A stretch of DNA of 61,927 nucleotides, counting the filler. It is 8 parts of 8 records of this genome, joined end to end, with 100 filler letters (N's around TTAATTAATTAA, not from the genome) between each part and the next. Parts side by side here need not be neighbours in the genome. Positions count along the whole stretch, not along the records: positions 49,592 to 56,454 come from SRR31147125_1447; positions 56,555 to 61,927 come from SRR31147125_1483; 6 more parts are not named here. One strand, given 5' to 3'. The notes beneath the pieces were generated by a model. That model was not told where the DNA came from and did no database searches. It worked only from the letters and a program-made list of their open reading frames with translations. Each line of letters opens with the position of its first letter. The first letter of the stretch is position 1. Shown here piece by piece: positions 55,089 through 61,927 of this stretch. The position numbers and the translations under genes were made by a program.

Positions 55089-55957
55089 TGATTTACTGGC
55101 TTTGCGGCATATGCATATTACTTTTAATTATAGTGATTATACTAACTATAAAAATTGTCAGAATCCATATGAGTATGGATGATATAAGTATGCAGTTTGC
55201 TGCAAGGCTTAATGGAGATACCAATGTAGGTATTGATATTAATACCGTTGATAAAAGAATGCGAAAATTTGCTAATGATATAGACAAGCAATTAAAGATT
55301 CTTAGAAAGAAACACATTAGATATACGAAAGGTGATAATGAACTAAAAGAAGCATTGACCAATATATCTCATGATCTAAGAACACCGCTTACTGCAATAA
55401 ACGGTTATATGGAACTTCTTGAAAGAGAGGATGCACCGGATAATGTAAAGAAATATCTTAATATTATCGCAGGAAGGATAGAAGCCTTGACATCTCTTTC
55501 TGAGGAGTTGCTTGCCTATTCAATCGCTGTTTCAGCAGGTACATATAATAACTTTGTTAATGTGAATCTAAACAGTGTGTTAGAAGAGAGTATTGCTGGT
55601 TATTACGAAATTCTCAAAGAAAAAAACATCATTCCACACATATCAATGACCGAAAACAAGATTGACAGACGTCTTGACTTAAAAGCACTAACTCGAATTC
55701 TAGGTAATATCATAGACAATGCTGTTAAATACAGCGATGGAGATTTAAGTGTTTCATTGTCAGAGGATGGGGAGATAAAAATGATTAACCATGCAAGCAA
55801 ATTGAGTGAAGTAGATGTTGAGCGTTTATTTGACCGTTTTTATACAATAAGAAGCGGAACAGGAGGAACTGGGCTTGGACTATCAATTGCAAAAGCGTTG
55901 ACTGAACAGATGGATGGAAGTATAGTAGCTAAAAAAATGATGATATTTTTTGTGTAA
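55088..55957 (+). CDS. Sensor histidine kinase (intramembrane-sensing type); true end may be about 56000 (A-run slip near 55935)
   Basis: ISHDLRTPLTAI, NIIDNAVKY, LFDRFY, GTGLGLSIA. Confidence 0.92.
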   Translation: MIYWLCGICILLLIIVIILTIKIVRIHMSMDDISMQFAARLNGDTNVGIDINTVDKRMRKFANDIDKQLKILRKKHIRYTKGDNELKEALTNISHDLRTPLTAINGYMELLEREDAPDNVKKYLNIIAGRIEALTSLSEELLAYSIAVSAGTYNNFVNVNLNSVLEESIAGYYEILKEKNIIPHISMTENKIDRRLDLKALTRILGNIIDNAVKYSDGDLSVSLSEDGEIKMINHASKLSEVDVERLFDRFYTIRSGTGGTGLGLSIAKALTEQMDGSIVAKKMMIFFV

Positions 55958-56060
55958 CCGTTCATTTTGATGAGAATGATTCAAAAAGTGGTGTGAAATA
56001 ATATTAATTAAAGCTTTGTCAAATTGATTAAAACTAAAGATAGAACATACAAAGTAACAA

Positions 56061-56454
56061 TTAATAATGTGTAAAGGTTGCGGCTATACTGGCAACCTCA
56101 GCAACACCATCTACTTCAGCAAATTTTTCCTGTAGCTTATATGCTTGATCTAAATCATCTACTTGTAAAGCAAAGCTATTTGATGACATGTCATATTTCT
56201 CTACCATATATTCCATTAATTCAATAGATTCTATCCCCTTAGGTTCTAAGTTCATCATATTCATATCAAACTCAATTTTTGACGCTTGATATCCCATAAA
56301 TACTCCAGCCAAAATAATGACTATCAAAACAATATATTTTATTTTATAAACACCTCTGGCAACAGCTCCAATAATTTTATATTCGCCTTTTAGTTTTTTT
56401 ATGCTCTTTTGATTTTCTTTCTTTAGAATAATAATTGATGGAAGAATCCAAAAA
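56061..56454 (-). pseudogene. MMPL/RND-family transporter, internal fragment that stops prematurely
   Basis: Open from the contig edge: FWILPSII..TM..KIEFDMNMMNLEPKG..VAEVASI, then stop. This is the start of a second MMPL repeat. Confidence 0.6.
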
Positions 56455-56554
56455 NNNNNNNNNNNNNNNNNNNNNNNNNNNNNNNNNNNNNNNNNNNNTT
56501 AATTAATTAANNNNNNNNNNNNNNNNNNNNNNNNNNNNNNNNNNNNNNNNNNNN
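56455..56554. other. Artificial contig spacer
   Basis: N44-TTAATTAATTAA-N44. Confidence 0.99.
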
Positions 56555-56907
56555 TTTTTGAATTTCGATTTCTTTTTTACTAATACTTTTCGATCGAAAC
56601 TTCCTTCGCCCGGACTTCCCTGCACAACCGCAAAATATGTTTTTTTAACCTCTTTTCGTTCAAATTGAAGAGCTAACTCATGGGCTATCTCCGATGAAAA
56701 AGCTAAAACCATAACCCCCGATGTTTTCGAATCCAGCCGATGAACATTATAAATCCATTTTCCGGTGCTGTCACCCAGGAGTTTGGTTAAATAAGGTGCA
56801 TCGTGAGGCATAAAATCGTTTTTATGAACCGGTAAATTCACAGGTTTATTTACTACAATTAAATGTTCATCCTCATAAATTACAGGTATTTCAAAAGGTA
56901 CTTCCAT
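56555..56907 (-). CDS. RluA/TruC-family pseudouridine synthase, 3'-partial
   Basis: IYEDEHLIVVNKP, VHRLDSKTSGV, VKKTYFAVV. Confidence 0.9.
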
Positions 56908-57083
56908 TGATAAATGTTTCGAATTTGTATAGTATTCTTTTCTATCTTTGTTTTCAAATTCAAAAGTAGATGAATAATCGGGATTTTAGTATAAATCTGT
57001 CGATTTTCAATTTGGCCGGTTAAAAGCTGAAGCTATTTTTGAAACAAATTATAATTTAAAACCACTTGCCTGATTTCAAAGAA

Positions 57084-58244
57084 ATGAAAAATATAACCGG
57101 ATTTTTTATCCTTCTAATTATAGTATCCTGCAATGTTGGGAAAAGAGAACAGATTGAACAAATTGTAACAGCATTTGAAGAAACAAATATTTCTGATAAA
57201 CGTGAGGTTGTTTTTAATGTACAACCGGTTTATGAAAATGGAAAAATTATCCTGAATGGAGAAACAAGTAATTCCGAATTTAAGAATGGCCTTTTAAAGG
57301 AATTAGACCGTTTCAATTTCACCGACAATATTACTCTTCTCCCCGACTCGACTGTGGGAACAAAAACATTTGCATTAATAAATGTCCCGGTTGCCAATTT
57401 AAAGGCTGCACCTTCGCATTCAGCGGAATTAGTTACACAGGCAATTTTAGGAACTCCGGTAAAAATTCTAAAAAAATACAATGATTGGTTTTATGTTCAA
57501 ACTCCCGACAGATATATTTCATGGGTTGATGCAGCAGGAATATCCCCAATTACAAAAGGAGAATTGGAAAACTGGCGAAATTCTGAACGGGTTATTTGTA
57601 AAATGGAAAATAGTCAGATTTTTTCAACTAAAAACTTTGAAAATCCTGTTTCGGATGTAACACTAGGATGCATTTTGCAAAATATTAATCAAGACTGGAA
57701 TTCGATTCATGTTCAATTTCCGGATGGACGAACAGGTTTTGTAAAATCAGATAACTGGAATGATTTTAATGATTTTAAAAACTCAGTAAAACCAATTTCA
57801 GAAAATATTGTTTTGCAAGCGCAAAATCTTATAGGGCGATCTTATCTCTGGGGAGGTACTTCGGCAAATGCAATGGACTGCAGTGGTTTTGTGAAAACCG
57901 TTTATTTTATGAATGGGATTATTCTGGCTCGCGATGCATCGCTTCAAACAAAACACGGGCAATTAATTGATGTTGACTCAACCTATGACGTAGTTGAAGC
58001 GGGAGATTTATTATTTTTTGGAACTAAAGCCACAAATGAAAATAATGAACGGGTAACACATGTCGCACTTTCTCTGGGGAAAACAGAATATATTCACGCT
58101 TCGGGATGGATAAAACAAAATAGTTTTGATTCGGAAAGTGATTTATTTTCAGCCTATCGTAAAAATTCATTTGTTCGTGCCCGCAGAATTATTGATTCAA
58201 AAGATTTTGGAATTCGGGAAATTAAAGACCATCCCTGGTATTAG
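57084..58244 (+). CDS. ykfC: SH3b + NlpC/P60 gamma-D-glutamyl peptidase (YkfC-like lipoprotein)
   Basis: Lipobox IVSC; ELVTQAILGTPV; YLWGGTS..DCSGF; ARDASLQ; GDLLFFG; THVA..YIHAS; -7 element TATCTTTG at 56943. Confidence 0.88.
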   Translation: MKNITGFFILLIIVSCNVGKREQIEQIVTAFEETNISDKREVVFNVQPVYENGKIILNGETSNSEFKNGLLKELDRFNFTDNITLLPDSTVGTKTFALINVPVANLKAAPSHSAELVTQAILGTPVKILKKYNDWFYVQTPDRYISWVDAAGISPITKGELENWRNSERVICKMENSQIFSTKNFENPVSDVTLGCILQNINQDWNSIHVQFPDGRTGFVKSDNWNDFNDFKNSVKPISENIVLQAQNLIGRSYLWGGTSANAMDCSGFVKTVYFMNGIILARDASLQTKHGQLIDVDSTYDVVEAGDLLFFGTKATNENNERVTHVALSLGKTEYIHASGWIKQNSFDSESDLFSAYRKNSFVRARRIIDSKDFGIREIKDHPWY

Positions 58245-58265
58245 ATTTATAAAATATTTAGAACA

Positions 58266-59393
58266 ATGAATCGTACCCGAAGAGATTTTATTAAAAAAAC
58301 TACATTTATCACATTAGGAGGATTAGCACTTCCGGGAATAACATATGCACAAATGAAAGGAAAAATACCTACACAGGGATTAGAACTAAGTTTTGAACCT
58401 TATAATTTACAGTTAAAACATGTTTTTACACTAGCAAACAGTTCGCGGTCGACAACTCCGGTAATGCTTACTAAATTAAAATACGATGGAATTACGGGTT
58501 ATGGAGAAGCATCGATGCCACCTTATTTAGGTGAAACACAACAAACAGCCGCCGAATTTTTATCGCAGTTAAATCTGAACCAGTTTACCGATCCTTTTCG
58601 AATAGATGAAATTCTTGAATATGTTGATGAATCGGCACCGAAAAATTTTGCTGCAAAAGCTGCTGTTGATATTGCATTACACGATTTAACGGGGAAAATA
58701 ATGAATCAGCCCTGGCATAAAATCTGGGGATATACACCGGAAGATACACCAAACACTTCATTTACAATAGGAATCGATACTGCTGAAGTTATTAAACAAA
58801 AAGTAGAAGAAGCCAGCCAGTTTAAAATACTTAAAGTAAAATTAGGTCGCGAAAACGATAAAGAAATAATTGAAACCATACGATCGGTTTCAAAAGTACC
58901 ACTTTGTGTAGATGTAAACCAGGGATGGACAGACAAAAATATGGCGCTTGACATGGTTCACTGGCTTAAAGAAAAAGGTATTGAATTTGTTGAACAACCT
59001 CTTCCGAAAGAAAAAATTGATGATATTGCATGGCTTACACAAAACTCTCCACTTCCTATTATTGCCGATGAAGCAATTCAACGTCTTCCCGACATTAAAA
59101 AGACTTTAGGAATTTATTCAGGAATCAACATAAAACTTATGAAATGTACCGGAATGCGGGAAGCTCATAAAATGGTAAATCTGGCACGTTCGAACCAAAT
59201 GAAGGTTATGATTGGCTGTATGACAGAAACTTCGTGTGCTGTTTCGGCGGCGGCTCAGCTTTCTCCAAAAGCCGACTGTGCCGATTTAGATGGAAACCTC
59301 TTAATTAATAACGATCCATATAAAGGAATCGATATTATTAACGGAAAAGTTACTCTTAATGAAAATCCGGGAATAGGAATTAGCAATTCTTAA
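58266..59393 (+). CDS. ykfB: L-Ala-D/L-Glu dipeptide epimerase (YkfB, enolase superfamily) with Tat signal
   Basis: TRRDFIK; KVKLG, DVNQGW, EQP, ADE, NIKLMK, GCM.E, DLDG. Confidence 0.9.
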   Translation: MNRTRRDFIKKTTFITLGGLALPGITYAQMKGKIPTQGLELSFEPYNLQLKHVFTLANSSRSTTPVMLTKLKYDGITGYGEASMPPYLGETQQTAAEFLSQLNLNQFTDPFRIDEILEYVDESAPKNFAAKAAVDIALHDLTGKIMNQPWHKIWGYTPEDTPNTSFTIGIDTAEVIKQKVEEASQFKILKVKLGRENDKEIIETIRSVSKVPLCVDVNQGWTDKNMALDMVHWLKEKGIEFVEQPLPKEKIDDIAWLTQNSPLPIIADEAIQRLPDIKKTLGIYSGINIKLMKCTGMREAHKMVNLARSNQMKVMIGCMTETSCAVSAAAQLSPKADCADLDGNLLINNDPYKGIDIINGKVTLNENPGIGISNS

Positions 59394-59440
59394 CTTTTAA
59401 ACCTAAACCAAAATAGGGACTAAATTGTCTTAATTGTATT

Positions 59441-59908
59441 ATGAAGACAATTTTAATACTTATAATTTTAGGAATGACACTTTCAGCTAATGCACAGGAA
59501 AAGGGAAAAAATTCAGAACATGCAAATTCAAAGCAAAAAAATGAATACCGGCAATTAACTGAATTTGAAGAATATGTAATTCTGGAAAAGGGTACGGAAT
59601 ATCCATTTACAGGAGAATACAATAAAAATAAAGAAAAAGGCACATACGTTTGTAAACGATGTGAAGAGCCCTTATATCATTCTTCAGATAAATTTGAATC
59701 GAACTGTGGCTGGCCAAGTTTCGATGATGAAATAGAAGGTGCCGTTCGGAAAACAACAGATGCCGATGGAAGACGAACTGAAATTACCTGTAATAATTGT
59801 GGAGGACACTTGGGACACGTATTTTTTGGCGAAAAATTCACATCGAAAGACACCAGACATTGTGTAAATTCAGTTTCATTATTATTTATTCCAGCTGAAA
59901 AAAAATAA
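59441..59908 (+). CDS. msrB: Peptide methionine-R-sulfoxide reductase with signal peptide
   Basis: [37 protein letters not shown]. Confidence 0.95.
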   Translation: MKTILILIILGMTLSANAQEKGKNSEHANSKQKNEYRQLTEFEEYVILEKGTEYPFTGEYNKNKEKGTYVCKRCEEPLYHSSDKFESNCGWPSFDDEIEGAVRKTTDADGRRTEITCNNCGGHLGHVFFGEKFTSKDTRHCVNSVSLLFIPAEKK

Positions 59909-59938
59909 AAAAGTTGCCAAAAAAACTGACAACTTTTT
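59908..59938. terminator. Bidirectional terminator between msrB and the S8 protease gene
   Basis: AAAAAGTTGCCA..TGACAACTTTTT. Confidence 0.6.
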
Positions 59939-59976
59939 ATTCCCCTTGAGCATATTATTTAATTACCCCTTCAGTT

Positions 59977-61164
59977 CTAATTATGTGCAATAGGATCGGC
60001 ATTGCCATCCGGATCATTTATAACATAACCATCGGTAGTAATATTTCCGCCGGTTGCAAGTAATAATCCACAAACATGTGGTGCAGCCATTGAAGTACCG
60101 CTCATAGTTGTATAACCACCACTTTTATAAGTTGAAAAAATATAAACACCAGGTGCGCAATAGTCAATTGGAGGATTTCCATAATTTGAGAACGAAGCAA
60201 AAATATCGTTACTATCCATGGCAGAAACGGTATATACATTTGGACCGTTTGCACGAGCCGGTGAATGATTATTAGCATCATCACTTTCATTTCCGGCAGC
60301 TAATGCAACCAAAACTCCACTGGCTGCTAAATTCTCAACTGCAATATCAATTGGTTCGTAAACACCACCACCTAAACTCATGTTTGCAACATCTCCTGAG
60401 CTTGCATTAGCTGCTACATAATTTACTCCATCAATAATTGCAGAAAATGCACCTGAACCTCTTTTGTCTAATACTTTAACAGGAATTACAGTAGCTCCGG
60501 CAGCTACTCCAACTACACCCACTTCATTGTCGATTGCAGCAACAATTCCGGCACAATGCGATCCATGTCCGTTATCATCATCAAAACCTACACGAGAACG
60601 AATTCCTTCGGCCAAATATCCTAAACTTTCATCTACATTTAAATCAGGGTGGTCTAGATCAATACCGGTATCAATTATCCATGCTTTTCCTGAACCTGAA
60701 TAATTTATAGTTCCAACACGTTCAATTCCATAAGGTACTACTTGTGGTTCAGGATCGGTTGGTACAGTTCCCGGTTTTTTCAGGATTACCATTTTATCCG
60801 GCCATACCCCTGTAACACCTTCTTTACCGGCTAATTTTTTTGCGTCGGCATCACTTATTTTTACAACAACACCTTCAACAGCAGAACTAAATACCATTTC
60901 AGGAGAAGAAAGATCAACCTGATTTTTTTCGAATATAACTTTTGCACGATTAAGGACAGCTCTGTCTGCCAATACTTTGTCTTTATATACCGATTTTAGT
61001 CCGTGGTTTTCGAAGAACACAATGTATTGGCCAGGAATAACTTCCTCACTTACTTCAATTGCATCTATTTTTTGATCAAGAACAATTGAAAGATCTTCGG
61101 TTTTTTGACAAGATACAATCATGATAGCAATTGCTACCAATAAGGACATTAAGATTTTTTTCAT
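59977..61164 (-). CDS. Subtilisin-like S8 serine protease lipoprotein with I9 propeptide
   Basis: Lipobox IVSC; catalytic triad IIDTG, GHGSHCAG, GTSMAAPHV. Confidence 0.95.
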   Translation of the reverse strand: MKKILMSLLVAIAIMIVSCQKTEDLSIVLDQKIDAIEVSEEVIPGQYIVFFENHGLKSVYKDKVLADRAVLNRAKVIFEKNQVDLSSPEMVFSSAVEGVVVKISDADAKKLAGKEGVTGVWPDKMVILKKPGTVPTDPEPQVVPYGIERVGTINYSGSGKAWIIDTGIDLDHPDLNVDESLGYLAEGIRSRVGFDDDNGHGSHCAGIVAAIDNEVGVVGVAAGATVIPVKVLDKRGSGAFSAIIDGVNYVAANASSGDVANMSLGGGVYEPIDIAVENLAASGVLVALAAGNESDDANNHSPARANGPNVYTVSAMDSNDIFASFSNYGNPPIDYCAPGVYIFSTYKSGGYTTMSGTSMAAPHVCGLLLATGGNITTDGYVINDPDGNADPIAHN

Positions 61165-61388
61165 TTGTAATAAAATTTAATAGTTAAACAGAAATGGTTT
61201 TGCCTTTTCAATATAGAACATTTCGAAGACAAAAACCAACACTATACAAAAATAATTATTAACAAAAGATTTATTAAAACTATTTAAATACTTCAATATT
61301 AGTGCTATATAAAAAAATACATACAAATTATTAACAATCATAAGTAATTAATAAATAGTCCCCGAAACTCATTATTTCATATTAACAT

Positions 61389-61421
61389 AAAAAAGCACAG
61401 TAAATAAAAATCAACTGTGCT
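61389..61421 (-). terminator. Terminator after the GH3 gene
   Basis: Minus strand AGCACAGT..ACTGTGCTTTTTT. Confidence 0.6.
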
Positions 61422-61461
61422 AATCATAATAGTTTATAATTTTAACTGAAAAAAATCGAAT

Positions 61462-61927
61462 TTATTCAATTTTCAAATTTTTCCCCTTCAATTTATATCT
61501 TTTTGAAATAGAACTAATTCCTTTCATATTTGGTTGTCCTCCTCCAACAGAAACAGTAAACCATCCTTTTTCAATAACCCAGTTTTCCGTTTTGTTTATC
61601 ATTGAGAACTGCCTCGGACTTAATTCAAAGTTTACGATTTTCGATTCGCCGGGTTTTAACCCGATTCGTTCAAATCCTTCCAATTGAATAATTGGTCTTG
61701 GTGTAGAAGCGTCTTCATCTTTCAGATATAGTTGAACAACTTCTTCTCCGGCAATATTTCCTGTATTTGTAACTTTTACTGCCACATTAACTGTTTCTCC
61801 CATTTCAATTTTTGATGGTAATTCTAAATTTGAATATTCGAAAGTGGTATAACTTAAACCGTAGCCAAACGGAAAAAGTGGTTCATCAGTAAAATACTTA
61901 TAGGTTCTGCCTGTCATATCATATTCT
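61462..61927 (-). CDS. GH3 beta-glucosidase/xylosidase, C-terminal Fn3-like part, 5'-partial
   Basis: GRTYKY, PLFPFGYGLSYTTFEYSNL, GEEVVQLY, LEGFERI. Confidence 0.92.
   Translation of the reverse strand, partial: EYDMTGRTYKYFTDEPLFPFGYGLSYTTFEYSNLELPSKIEMGETVNVAVKVTNTGNIAGEEVVQLYLKDEDASTPRPIIQLEGFERIGLKPGESKIVNFELSPRQFSMINKTENWVIEKGWFTVSVGGGQPNMKGISSISKRYKLKGKNLKIE

Overview
This window is not one locus. It is eight unrelated metagenomic contigs joined by artificial 100-bp spacers (44 N + TTAATTAATTAA + 44 N). (1) 1-8691, Bacteroidota: ricT/PSP1, gldH, trmB, ATL, mrp, sprE/porW, porX. (2) 8792-18228, very AT-rich, probably PVC/Planctomycetota-like: degenerate dnaA, dnaN, dciA, gyrB, gyrA, fabF-like KAS, ACP. 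(3) 18329-30968, Acholeplasmatales-like Mollicute using code 11: glycolysis and ribosomal genes, with S4- and L19-leader-like RNAs. (4) 31069-36967, host unknown: leftward low-GC NYN-nuclease and pentapeptide genes sit back-to-back with a rightward high-GC, translationally coupled operon. That operon looks like the virion module of a tailless, membrane-containing virus (candidate STIV-like double-jelly-roll major capsid protein, several small membrane proteins, a membrane-anchored LysM protein) and is the most novel element here. (5) 37068-43615, Bacteroidota PUL: susC end, susD, GH110, GH63-like enzyme, unknown candidate CAZyme. (6) 43716-49491, Bacteroidota ECF sigma/FecR/SusC with a candidate cis-antisense sRNA. 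(7) 49592-56454, Clostridia-like ABC and two-component island abutting a truncated MMPL gene. (8) 56555-61927, Bacteroidota: rluA-like, ykfC, ykfB, msrB, S8 protease, GH3 end. About a dozen genes carry small frameshifts that look like sequencing errors. All family calls come from motif recognition by eye; no database searches were run.
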